Source: Candidatus Uhrbacteria bacterium | GTDB taxonomy: Bacteria; Patescibacteriota; Patescibacteriia; UBA9934; GWF2-40-263 | Direction: 5' to 3' | DNA: 64,000 nt | Assembly (NCBI GenBank): GCA_016188425.1 | Contig: JACPHX010000003.1 | Location: 18,606-82,605, forward strand | In this document: one piece after another, positions 47,529 to 56,969 of the stretch | How the letters are laid out: each line of letters starts with the position of its first letter | Numbering within the stretch: the stretch's first letter is position 1 | Position numbers and translations under genes: made by a program | The notes under the pieces: generated by a model | Told to the model about the DNA's origin: nothing | The model's input: only the letters and a program-made list of their open reading frames with translations | The model's database searches: none

Positions 47529-48617
47529 ATGTACACAATCGACATCCTCAACAAGAACAATACGGCCTTCAGCAAAATCCTCAATCCGCAGGGGTTGAAT
47601 TTCAAGCTGACACTTACGGGCAAAGACACGGCCAAGTTCAACTTGCCGCTCACTCATCCGCGCGCGGACGCGGAAAATCTGAAGAAGCATAACCGTATTG
47701 TCATCAACCGAGTGAATCCGAAAGACCGCACCGATGTACGGAGAATCTGGGTTGGCTACATTGAAGCCGTGCGGATCGTGGACGACAACAACCTCGAAGT
47801 CGGCTGCAAGGGAGTATACCAACTGTTCGATAAGCGCGTCGTGACCCGAAGTTTTACCAACTGGCAAGGCGGATTAGCGGTTTTTGAAATTCTGAACGTC
47901 AAACTGAATCCAACTGATGACACTGGGATAACTCAGGGTGACACTGACGTTACCGACATTTTCTCGCATGACTTTTTTCAGATGCAGGCCAGCAAAGCCT
48001 TTGAAAAAATCGAGGAAGCCACGCTCTGCGAAATACTCACCGACACCGACTTCAAGCTGAACTGCAAGAAGCAGATCGGCGAGGATAAAAGCTCAAGCGT
48101 GATTTTCCGTTTTATCAGAAATCTGCAAAACGCCAACTCGATAGACGGCTTCACCTTGCTGCAGGAAGGCAAGGAACTTTTCAACAAAATTGTCTGCTAC
48201 GGAAAGAACAATCTCATCACGGCCGTTCGGCAGGACAACGCATCGATTGCCGAATTCGGACTGCTGGAAAAAGTTCGCTACTTCACCGAGATCGAAGACC
48301 AAAACACATTGAATAAAAACGCCGAGGCGCTTTTGGCATTTCATAAACCGATCAAAGAGATTCCGAGCATCAGCCCGAACAAAACCAAGATCGACCTTTT
48401 CGAGTACGGCATCGGCGACCGCGTGCGCGTGATCATCAAGCACGGGATTCTGGATTTCGACCAGATTCACCGCATTTTATCGATCACCGTTACCGTCGGC
48501 CGCAATAACGAAGAGTCCATCAATATCGAGATCGCTCAGGAAGGCACGAAGAGCGTGAAGAGCGATGAAGAACAGCTGGCGGAGCTCGCTCAACGGGTGG
48601 AAGAGCTCGAATCCTAA
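47529..48617 (+). CDS. Tail/baseplate protein (Tal-like, putative)
   Basis: 362 aa after the Dit-like gene. Confidence 0.45.
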   Translation: MYTIDILNKNNTAFSKILNPQGLNFKLTLTGKDTAKFNLPLTHPRADAENLKKHNRIVINRVNPKDRTDVRRIWVGYIEAVRIVDDNNLEVGCKGVYQLFDKRVVTRSFTNWQGGLAVFEILNVKLNPTDDTGITQGDTDVTDIFSHDFFQMQASKAFEKIEEATLCEILTDTDFKLNCKKQIGEDKSSSVIFRFIRNLQNANSIDGFTLLQEGKELFNKIVCYGKNNLITAVRQDNASIAEFGLLEKVRYFTEIEDQNTLNKNAEALLAFHKPIKEIPSISPNKTKIDLFEYGIGDRVRVIIKHGILDFDQIHRILSITVTVGRNNEESINIEIAQEGTKSVKSDEEQLAELAQRVEELES

Positions 48618-48635
48618 TTTTTAATAACAAACACT

Positions 48636-51600
48636 ATGGCAACAAGAGTCTCATACTTAAATGCACTAAACACCTACTGGCAGGATATCGACATTAAAAA
48701 CGTCGAGCGGGATTTTTTTACCGACGGCGTGGCTGATTTTTCCAAGTCCGCGCTGTCTCCCGAAGATGTCGGCGATGACCTGCAGGTTCTGGCGCAAGCC
48801 GTACCCGATAAGACCGTAAAGATCAAAGCGGGCGTTTCATACTTCACTGTGCTCCGCAGTACGGACGTGGACGGAGACGGCACAAACGATGAATTCGTCC
48901 TGCGGTTTCATAATCTGGAAGACATTGTCCTTACCATTCCCGACAACACATCAGGGTCGCCAAAGACATACGAAATTTGTTGCTCAATCCCAGACGCGAA
49001 CATGGATGCGGAAGACATCAACTCGACCGCCTCGAATATCGGTTCTCTTATCGTGCAACTGCAAGGCTCTGATTTGCAAAACAAATATCTCTTGGCCACG
49101 GTGACGGTAGAGAGCGGGTTCACGCAAGTGACGAACGCCAAAATCACCGACCAGAGGAAGAGGGTTCAACTCAAAGCAATTCCCGAAGGACTGACGGCTA
49201 ATATTGATGAGATAAACCTCGCATTGGACGGCATTCTTGCAAGCGCTGAAGACTTGAACATACTTGAAAATACCACGGTGACCAAAGAGGAATTCAATAA
49301 TGCTCTGACGGGCATAGAATCAAGCGCTGACGAACTCAACCTCCTGCACGACGTCGCTGGTCTTGAGAAAACTGACCTCGAAAAACTCGCTGACGTTGAC
49401 GCTTCCGCCGATGAAATCGACCAAGCGTTAGAAGGAGTCTCTCCCGACGTGACTGCCGCAAACCTGAACATTCTCATGGGTGGCGGATTTACGAATTTGC
49501 ATAAACACGCAGCCGATCCGCTATTGAGCGGGATCACTGAAAGCCCGAACTATTTCTATCTTCCGTCTGGAGACGTGGAGGCCGTCTCGGAAAAAGGAAT
49601 CATGACCCGATTCGGTTATGAGGAAGACACAGTGCAAGAAGACTCACAAAACATCGAGGTGGTAAATGACAATTTTCAAGGTTATGAGAGCAATTACAAA
49701 GTCATCACCAACTTTGATAACGAAGCTGGTGAAACCTACACGGGCGGATCGTTCGACACTTCAGAATATAAACAAGGAACTCAAGCCAGAAAATTAAGCC
49801 TCACGACCGACAGCACGGCGACGCTCCTCATTGATATTCCGAGCAAAAACATCTCAGCCTTTTCTGGTTCCGACAAAATTGAATTCTGGGTCTACATCAG
49901 CGCGCTGGCCAACATCGACATGGCCACACTTCAGCTCGGGTCAACCACGCCATCAACAAATTATTTCCAAAACAACTTCCTTTCCCAGCTCACGCAAAAC
50001 GGCTGGAACCACGTATCGATTCCAATGAGCAGTTTCACTCAGGGCGGATCGCCGAACTGGAATAACATCATTCGTGTAAGGCTTGAGTTTTCAACCAGTA
50101 CTGGCGGGGCTTCCGATTTTATTGCTGACAGCATGAGAGTAGTGAAGGCCGCGAATACAACAAACGCCTTCTGGTCGAATGACGCTGGCTTCTGGGAAAT
50201 CCACGACCTCAGCGGACTGAAGCGATACGTCAAAACCGATGAGGTGACGGGAGACAAAAACAGCGTTCTCTCCCTTGGAAACCAGAGCCGTAATTATCAG
50301 AATGGAATATTCACCGCGCGCATCAGACGCTTGCAAGGCTCCTCGAACTCAGGAATCAAATGGCGCTACACGTCACCGACCAGTTGCTATTGCGCCTACT
50401 TCACGGGTACGGAACTCAAATTCGCAAAGAATGCGGGTACTGTGATCCTAAGCGTCGCTTATGTGATAAGCGCCAACACGGATTACTGGTTGCGCGTTGC
50501 CTTCAACGGGGCTTCGGTCATTATTTCCACCTCGCTTGACGGCATCACATTCACAACTCAAATCTCAACAACCGATTCAAGCATTACGACTGCAGGACAA
50601 GTCGCATTGTTCGATAACGGAAACATCACGGCTTTCGACAAGGTCATTCTTCAACAAACCTCAATCACTTATGAGCGCGATGTCGCCGATCGTCTCTTTA
50701 AGATCGAGGAAAATACGGGAGAGGGTGAAAAGTTTGACGGCTTCGGTTCATTCTTCAAACGAATTGCCACCTTTGAGACCGAGGAAAACACCATGACTGG
50801 CGGTGCAGCGGATACGACGAACTACAAGACGGGAAGCCAAGGATGGAAAGTAAGTGCGGCCTCTTCTTACGCATACGACAACACGCTGAACCTCGATCTG
50901 ACAAAATTCGAAGACGGGATCAGCTCAGCCAACACCGATGTGATTGCTTTCTGGGCTTACATCGCAACGGAAATACCGACATCGATTCGTCTGGAACTCT
51001 CAGTGACTCAGGATGTGAAAGAAGCGGAAGCAACGATTAACACGGCCAGCTTGGCGCTCGGCTGGAATTATATTGAAGTGGCAAAGTCTGCATTCACAAC
51101 GATTGGCGGATTCGATTGGTCATCAGTCAAACAAGTCCGCTTCTGGTATGTCCACGGCAATAGCAATCCAAAGGTGACATTCGACTCAATTCAGCTCGTG
51201 AAAAGCAACGGAATAGTTACGAGCAAATACGATACGACAAACGGCAAATGGTTGATCGAAAAGGACATCGAAAACAGCAATCAATATTTGGTGCAATCGG
51301 ATGAAGCAGCTGGTGAAAAATTCCTCGCTCTGAAAACCGATGGCGAAAAGAATATCTTCCAAAACTTTACGTATCGGGGAGCCTTCAACGCTCGACGCGG
51401 CAATGCCTGTGCATTGATCTTCAAGTATCAAAATTTCACCAACTTCCTGAGACTGCAAACCAAAGACGGCAGGATTTCATTCGTGAAAAGAGTGGCTGGA
51501 ACCGACACTGTCTTAGGCGAAGAAATGGCATTCACGCCGACTACGGCCGACTTCTTCTATCTAAAAGTCGAGTGCGACAGCAATAGCTTCAAGTATTACT

Positions 51601-51818
51601 ACTCCGAAGACGATGCTGTCTGGATTTTAATTGATGAAGTGACAGCATCCGATTTTACGGAAGGACAAATCGGAGTGCTATCCGAAGGCATGTTGCTGAG
51701 AGTCGATCAGCTCTTCGTTTACGAGCACAACCAAGGCGGTGACACCTTCTACGAACTTTTTTACGACGATGACGGCAATGTTTCTTCGATCGTAAAGAAG
51801 CCAATAATCGCATCTTAA
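48636..51818 (+). CDS. Large tail fibre / host-specificity protein
   Basis: 1060 aa with repeated (A/E)DELNLL / EDLNIL coiled segments and beta-rich domains. Confidence 0.55.
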   Translation: MATRVSYLNALNTYWQDIDIKNVERDFFTDGVADFSKSALSPEDVGDDLQVLAQAVPDKTVKIKAGVSYFTVLRSTDVDGDGTNDEFVLRFHNLEDIVLTIPDNTSGSPKTYEICCSIPDANMDAEDINSTASNIGSLIVQLQGSDLQNKYLLATVTVESGFTQVTNAKITDQRKRVQLKAIPEGLTANIDEINLALDGILASAEDLNILENTTVTKEEFNNALTGIESSADELNLLHDVAGLEKTDLEKLADVDASADEIDQALEGVSPDVTAANLNILMGGGFTNLHKHAADPLLSGITESPNYFYLPSGDVEAVSEKGIMTRFGYEEDTVQEDSQNIEVVNDNFQGYESNYKVITNFDNEAGETYTGGSFDTSEYKQGTQARKLSLTTDSTATLLIDIPSKNISAFSGSDKIEFWVYISALANIDMATLQLGSTTPSTNYFQNNFLSQLTQNGWNHVSIPMSSFTQGGSPNWNNIIRVRLEFSTSTGGASDFIADSMRVVKAANTTNAFWSNDAGFWEIHDLSGLKRYVKTDEVTGDKNSVLSLGNQSRNYQNGIFTARIRRLQGSSNSGIKWRYTSPTSCYCAYFTGTELKFAKNAGTVILSVAYVISANTDYWLRVAFNGASVIISTSLDGITFTTQISTTDSSITTAGQVALFDNGNITAFDKVILQQTSITYERDVADRLFKIEENTGEGEKFDGFGSFFKRIATFETEENTMTGGAADTTNYKTGSQGWKVSAASSYAYDNTLNLDLTKFEDGISSANTDVIAFWAYIATEIPTSIRLELSVTQDVKEAEATINTASLALGWNYIEVAKSAFTTIGGFDWSSVKQVRFWYVHGNSNPKVTFDSIQLVKSNGIVTSKYDTTNGKWLIEKDIENSNQYLVQSDEAAGEKFLALKTDGEKNIFQNFTYRGAFNARRGNACALIFKYQNFTNFLRLQTKDGRISFVKRVAGTDTVLGEEMAFTPTTADFFYLKVECDSNSFKYYYSEDDAVWILIDEVTASDFTEGQIGVLSEGMLLRVDQLFVYEHNQGGDTFYELFYDDDGNVSSIVKKPIIAS

Positions 51819-51836
51819 TTATTTAACTAAAATATT

Positions 51837-54251
51837 ATGGCAAATATCACTATCGGTGGCGGATCTGGTTCAGTCTTCAAGGACGCGATCCCGTCCGCGC
51901 TGCAATTCACGAGCTGGGATATCTATCAGTGGTTTCAGCAAGGCGGTCAGGGGTTTAACCTCAACTACCAAAACTTCAACTACAACCCTGTTTATTTCAA
52001 CCACGTCTTTGATGTGGCAAACAAGAAATTCTTCGCGTTGCCTCAGGGAATGGGAAATAAATACGACTACAAGTACGACAAGCAAAGTCCGATCGGAGTT
52101 TACAAATATGATCATCAAACAGACACGAGTACGTGGATTGAGTTCAATAAAACGGATGTTTATAACAACCGAAGCCGATTCAACAACTCGAATAATTACA
52201 CCTACAACAACATCGTTTACGATGAGACCACAAACAGACTTTTCTTTTTGTGCTATAGCGACAAAACCCTTTGGGAAATCGACCAAACTACTGGCGCGAT
52301 TACGCAAAAAACTACCTGTACGGCAGCTGGTACGATAGCATCAGTCGTTGCTTGCAACGGGATTCTTTATGTTCTTGATACAAGCAGAAACTTCGTCAAA
52401 TACACCATCGCGAGCAATGCTTGGGCATCGCTAACAACATTGACTGGATCGCACAGTCTTAGTCAAGGATATGCCCGTTTGCTTACTGACGGTACCGCTT
52501 GGGTTATCTTCGTGCCTTATCAAAACATGCAGAGCGCTGGGCTGGAGTTAATGAAATACAGCATCTCTGGAAATACTTGGACGGCAGCCATAGGAACAAG
52601 CGCGCCAAGCAGCACGAATTATTACATTTCCGAAGTGTTCAACGGGTTTGTGTATGTTCAGTACCTAAATTCCAGCGACAACTACAGCACGATCTGGAAA
52701 TACAACATCACTGGGAACACGTGGACTGCAAGCGCGCTGAACCTCAGAACAAAAGGATTAACGAATGGCGGAGCTTACGGAATGTTTCGAGCCAACAGCA
52801 AACTTTATTGGATCGGCTCCTACCAAGTAAATGACTACACCGACACCCGTGCCATGCAAAAATACGGTATATGGGAAATGGATACGGCGGAAAACTTCAC
52901 GCTTAATGCGAACAAGTTCATGCCAGTTCAGATTGGCCAGTGGTGCTACAACCAGCAAACTGGATACGAACAAGACATGATGGCGGTCAGTAAATCCAAC
53001 GGGAGATACCAGATTTATTGCGGATTCCATTCTTATGCCCGAGGTTACCGCTATTTTCCATACATTGATCCAACGCTGAAAACCGTCGAATGGGTGAAAG
53101 TCCCAATGGAATCAGGAAAGGAAAAAGAATGGAGCGGTTGGGGCGCCGTTGTGAAAAACGGAAAGCTCTACATGATTGATCCCGTATCGCTAGATATGTT
53201 TGTTTGCACGATCGGAACTTGGACTTGGACGAAGAAAGACAACATTTACACGCGCATCGGAAACAAAATGCCATACAGCGTCCATGGGGACGAATGGTAT
53301 TACGGGTGCGGTCTTGCCAATCAAAGCGGTTGTACTCCTCATCAGCTTGTCGGTGGGTTATTTACCGTAAAAGAAGATGCCACCAACATCTACCTGATGG
53401 CGCCACGATACGGATCAAATGACTACGTTTTCGTCTACAAATATGATGTTGCAGCAAATCAATGGAGCGTCTTGAACACATCAGGCTCAATGCCGAACGC
53501 TTATCTTGGAAACAACACGTCGCAAAGCAGTTATGCGATGTGGAAGAGCCACTTGATCTCATCAAACGAAGCCAGCACATGGCTGCTTCTGACATCTCAT
53601 TGCTATAACAGCACGACTCAATACTTCGTTCAGAGATATTACGCGTTCAATCCGACCGATGGTTCATTCGAGGCCGTGGTTGGATATAACCACACAAGCC
53701 AATGGTACGGAGTTTACGGATTCACGCTTGAAGGAAAGCCAATCTGGCACACAAGCACTGGCGACAGCAAGCTCTACTACAATGACATGAGCACTATGGC
53801 TTATGACGTTACAAATAAGCTGCTCGAGCAATTCCTGAATGACCAAAACAAATATATCTGGATGCAAAGCACGTTCTGCCAAAACGCTGTGGCTATCTTC
53901 AATTTGGATTCTAGCAACTTCGAAAAGTGCTTCATGCTTCGAATGGACATCAGTAGCACGCTAGGAGCGGTAAACCAGATTTGGGGATTCTATCAGCAAA
54001 TTGATGCAGTGAAGGGCGGGTATCTTCTCGGTTGGGCAAGAAGCGCTTCGTTGAGCTCGCCTTACCGTTACGGCCGAATCATGATCGATAACGACAATGT
54101 TCGATCAGTGATCGTAAATGACGCACTGCCGTCATCAGTTGTTGATTCAGCCACAGTCTTCACAACCAAAGTGAAGAAAAACTTCAAACTTTATCTCGAG
54201 TATTGGTGCTACAACAACGGTCTAGTGACCTTCTTTGCGCCAACCAATTAA
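51837..54251 (+). CDS. Receptor-binding / tail fibre protein (putative)
   Basis: 804 aa, very Trp/Tyr/Asn/Thr-rich, suggesting repeated beta-propeller-like blades. Last large structural gene. Confidence 0.5.
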   Translation: MANITIGGGSGSVFKDAIPSALQFTSWDIYQWFQQGGQGFNLNYQNFNYNPVYFNHVFDVANKKFFALPQGMGNKYDYKYDKQSPIGVYKYDHQTDTSTWIEFNKTDVYNNRSRFNNSNNYTYNNIVYDETTNRLFFLCYSDKTLWEIDQTTGAITQKTTCTAAGTIASVVACNGILYVLDTSRNFVKYTIASNAWASLTTLTGSHSLSQGYARLLTDGTAWVIFVPYQNMQSAGLELMKYSISGNTWTAAIGTSAPSSTNYYISEVFNGFVYVQYLNSSDNYSTIWKYNITGNTWTASALNLRTKGLTNGGAYGMFRANSKLYWIGSYQVNDYTDTRAMQKYGIWEMDTAENFTLNANKFMPVQIGQWCYNQQTGYEQDMMAVSKSNGRYQIYCGFHSYARGYRYFPYIDPTLKTVEWVKVPMESGKEKEWSGWGAVVKNGKLYMIDPVSLDMFVCTIGTWTWTKKDNIYTRIGNKMPYSVHGDEWYYGCGLANQSGCTPHQLVGGLFTVKEDATNIYLMAPRYGSNDYVFVYKYDVAANQWSVLNTSGSMPNAYLGNNTSQSSYAMWKSHLISSNEASTWLLLTSHCYNSTTQYFVQRYYAFNPTDGSFEAVVGYNHTSQWYGVYGFTLEGKPIWHTSTGDSKLYYNDMSTMAYDVTNKLLEQFLNDQNKYIWMQSTFCQNAVAIFNLDSSNFEKCFMLRMDISSTLGAVNQIWGFYQQIDAVKGGYLLGWARSASLSSPYRYGRIMIDNDNVRSVIVNDALPSSVVDSATVFTTKVKKNFKLYLEYWCYNNGLVTFFAPTN

Positions 54252-54270
54252 TCACTAACCACATAACATT

Positions 54271-54747
54271 ATGAAATTCTACAAAGCAAAACACTCAACC
54301 GTCGGCGATGGCGTCGAAGCCACCGTCGTTTACCACAAAGACAATGGCGATGAGCTCGTGCACGTTCGCGAGGGATTCGATGAGTTTGAGAAACTCAATC
54401 CAGACGCCAAAGCCCAGACTACCGAAGAGGCCGACAAGCTTATAGAAAAAGCGGCCATCAGACTCGCGGTTCCAACTAAGACGGAACTCCGCAAGGAAAA
54501 CAAGCTTTCGTTACAGGAAATTGAGGCTGAAATCCAAAATGAGGCAACTTCGACCGCTGATATTTCAGTGGTCGAAGAAAAAGACGATGAAGGCAAGCCC
54601 GTTCAAAAACTGACCTATTTCGAGCATCGGGAAATCAAATCGGTCGAGGATTTTCTCGCAGCTCAGGAAGGACAGAAAAAGGAGCTTGCCCACGAACCAG
54701 TGGAAGAGCCGATTGAAACCAAAACAGATACTGAAGAGAAATTGTAA
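54271..54747 (+). CDS. Hypothetical acidic phage protein
   Basis: 158-aa Glu/Lys-rich ORF between the fibre and lysin genes. Confidence 0.4.
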   Translation: MKFYKAKHSTVGDGVEATVVYHKDNGDELVHVREGFDEFEKLNPDAKAQTTEEADKLIEKAAIRLAVPTKTELRKENKLSLQEIEAEIQNEATSTADISVVEEKDDEGKPVQKLTYFEHREIKSVEDFLAAQEGQKKELAHEPVEEPIETKTDTEEKL

Positions 54748-54766
54748 TCATTAACCCCGTTATCGT

Positions 54767-55492
54767 ATGCCAAAATTATACTTAATTGCTGGGCACACTC
54801 AGGGCAAAGATGAAGGTGCCCAGAACCTGAAAACCAAGGAAACCGAAAACCTGATCGCAAGGAATATCCTTTTGCAGGTATTCCCAAAGATCAAAGAGCA
54901 GATATTTACCGATCTCTGCCCGTTTGACCTGACTCTTGACGAGCAGACGAAGTGGATCAATAAGAGGGCGAGCGAAAACGATTACGTCGTTTGCTGCCAT
55001 TTAAACTCCTCGCCCGAGCGCAAAGAAACAGGCGCCCTCTGCTTTTATTACGGCGGAAGCGAGGAAAGCAAAGAAAAAGCCGATAAGTTCCTGAAAACCT
55101 ACTGCCAAGAGATTGGCCTGCGAAATGCTGGGCTATTGGCCGACACTCAAAGCCGCTTCGGCCGACTCGGGATTGTGAGGGATACCAAGGGTTGGTCATT
55201 TCTGTTGGAAATGGGCTCGATCAATAACGACGTTGAAACCGTGAAGGTCAAGGGAGCTCAAGCCCTAATTAAGGCTTTGCAGACGCTTGTTGGCTTTTCT
55301 GACGCCCCAGTGGCAGTAAACCAGCTGTTTGCCGATGTTCCCGCCATACACCCCGATTTTGAGGCAGTTAAGTGGGCAAAGGAAAAGGGTGTGGCCGCAG
55401 GATACCCAGATGGCAGGCTTGGAGTGGATGAACCGCTTAAAGTAGGGCGATTCTTGTCATTTCTAAAAAAATATGATAACTTACTTAAGTAA
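54767..55492 (+). CDS. Endolysin: N-acetylmuramoyl-L-alanine amidase (Amidase_3-like) with a C-terminal SLH-like cell-wall binding domain
   Basis: N-terminal LIAGHTQG Zn-amidase motif. C-terminal FADVPAIHPDFEAVKWAKEKGVAAGYPDGRLGVDEPL resembles an S-layer homology domain. Confidence 0.7.
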   Translation: MPKLYLIAGHTQGKDEGAQNLKTKETENLIARNILLQVFPKIKEQIFTDLCPFDLTLDEQTKWINKRASENDYVVCCHLNSSPERKETGALCFYYGGSEESKEKADKFLKTYCQEIGLRNAGLLADTQSRFGRLGIVRDTKGWSFLLEMGSINNDVETVKVKGAQALIKALQTLVGFSDAPVAVNQLFADVPAIHPDFEAVKWAKEKGVAAGYPDGRLGVDEPLKVGRFLSFLKKYDNLLK

Positions 55493-55650
55493 ACGGGCGG
55501 TTTTTTCCGCGAAGTGTTGGCAAAGTTGCTGGTACGGCACAAGATCGACGGAAGCGAAATATTCCTTGATTCCGAGCACAACTTCCTCCACAATTTGGGG
55601 CAACCATTTGGTTAGCGGTTCCAATCGCGTTAATGACCCCCCACCAAAAA

Positions 55651-55685
55651 CACCCAGGATTTTTTCCTGGGTGTTGTTGTTTCCC
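55651..55685. terminator. Bidirectional Rho-independent terminator near the prophage right end
   Basis: cacccagga-ttttt-tcctgggtg flanked by T-tracts on both strands (ttgttgttt on +, AAAAA read as TTTTT on minus). Confidence 0.55.
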
Positions 55686-55839
55686 CCAAAATGCGAAGGC
55701 CCCCGGATCTCATTGAGATACGGGGGCTCGTGGACGTGACGCCGGCGTCGAAGGTCGGACGCGGCGCGATAATACCGACTCTGTCAAGAGGCGGCTTGCG
55801 TCTCGGGGCGGGGTGCAGGGACCCCGCCTATTTGGAAAA

Positions 55840-56586
55840 TCAGAACACCCTCCCCTTGCCCGTAATCACCTTCAAAACCCCGGGAACAATGCCGATTTCA
55901 AAACGGTTTCCTTTCAGTATTTCCCCGTCGACCATCAGCTCGGTTTCCCCTTCAATGACGAATTGCTTGTCTTTCCAGCGGGTGACCCCCATTTTTGAGC
56001 GTTTAAAAATACCCCAACCGCTCTTTACTGGAACCGTCAGGGTCAGGTCCAGAAGGCCATCCCGCGGATCCGGGGCTGTCTCCCGATCGGGGGCGAGCGC
56101 CAGGTTAAAAATATCCAACACGGCGGCACGCTCTGGTGTGAGGCGGAATGATCCGCCAGCACACGCAACGGATCCGATAAAATTTTCTGCGTGGACGCCC
56201 CCCATGAAACGACGAGTATTGATGTGCCCCATGTCGATGGTCTCGATAATACGAGCCGAGAGAACGTCGCAGGCCGCGACCCCGGCAGGGACGCCGAAAA
56301 TCTTGGCGAGCGTCGTTTCCTCCCCCATGGGGATCATCCCGAAGGTCACGGCGGTGTCCGCGACAAGGTCGATGACTTTGCGGGTCGTCAAGTCGTTTCC
56401 GACAACGATGATGTTCTTGATGCCGCGACGGATTTCATCGCGCACCATTTCCTGGGGGTCGCGAAACAAGGCCAAGCGCACGATTTTGCCGGCGATCCCA
56501 AGGTCGGTCAACCGATTCTCGACAAGCAAGAGGTCTTTTTCGAACCGCTTATCGGAAACGAATTCATCGTAGATGTAACAATACAC
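55840..56586 (-). CDS. DAGK_cat-fold (diacylglycerol/NAD kinase-like) protein, possibly with a degenerate GGDGT motif
   Basis: 248 aa. NIIVVGNDLTT sits where lipid kinases and NAD kinases carry GGDGT. Overall size and hydrophobic pattern are consistent. Confidence 0.4.
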   Translation of the reverse strand: MYCYIYDEFVSDKRFEKDLLLVENRLTDLGIAGKIVRLALFRDPQEMVRDEIRRGIKNIIVVGNDLTTRKVIDLVADTAVTFGMIPMGEETTLAKIFGVPAGVAACDVLSARIIETIDMGHINTRRFMGGVHAENFIGSVACAGGSFRLTPERAAVLDIFNLALAPDRETAPDPRDGLLDLTLTVPVKSGWGIFKRSKMGVTRWKDKQFVIEGETELMVDGEILKGNRFEIGIVPGVLKVITGKGRVF

Positions 56587-56594
56587 ATGTGGAG

Positions 56595-56936
56595 CTATTC
56601 ATCGCCGCGACCCGTACGCCCCATGCTGACCCGACCATTAATCGAGGCACCAGGAGTAACCGAGAGTATTTGCGTATTGATATCTCCGGTGATCTTCGAA
56701 GATTCCGTTACCTCCAAGCGATCGGCTATCTCCATATTCCCAATTACCTCCCCGGCAATCACCGCCTTGGCCGCCGTCACATTCGCCTGGATCTTCGCGG
56801 TCTCGCCCACCCGAAGCGCGCCCGCGGCTCGCACGGTTCCGACCACTTCCCCGTCGATGATGACGTCTCCTGGCGATGTAAAATCCCCCTCCACCTTTAC
56901 CCCCTGTGCAATGATTGTTTCTTGTTGAGATCCCAT
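56595..56936 (-). CDS. Bactofilin family cytoskeletal protein
   Basis: 113 aa with repeated G-x-V-x-G / IxGxV beta-helix repeats (VKVEGDFTSPGDVIIDGEVVGTV...). Confidence 0.7.
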   Translation of the reverse strand: MGSQQETIIAQGVKVEGDFTSPGDVIIDGEVVGTVRAAGALRVGETAKIQANVTAAKAVIAGEVIGNMEIADRLEVTESSKITGDINTQILSVTPGASINGRVSMGRTGRGDE

Positions 56937-56969
56937 AGAAAATTGATATGGTTTGATTGTAACACCCCC

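Larger units (their letters stand above)
14018..55690. mobile_element. Siphovirus-like prophage integrated at tRNA-Val, about 41.6 kb; right boundary approximate
   Basis: Integrase overlaps the tRNA 3' end. Typical lysogeny, replication, packaging, head, tail and lysis order on the + strand. Sequence looks less GC-rich than the flanking host. The last phage gene (endolysin) ends at 55492, followed by terminator hairpins. Confidence 0.8.

Noticed and set aside
55473-55739. 88-aa plus-strand ORF after the endolysin
   Set aside because: It spans two terminator hairpins and the point where composition shifts back to GC-rich. It is non-coding intergenic sequence.
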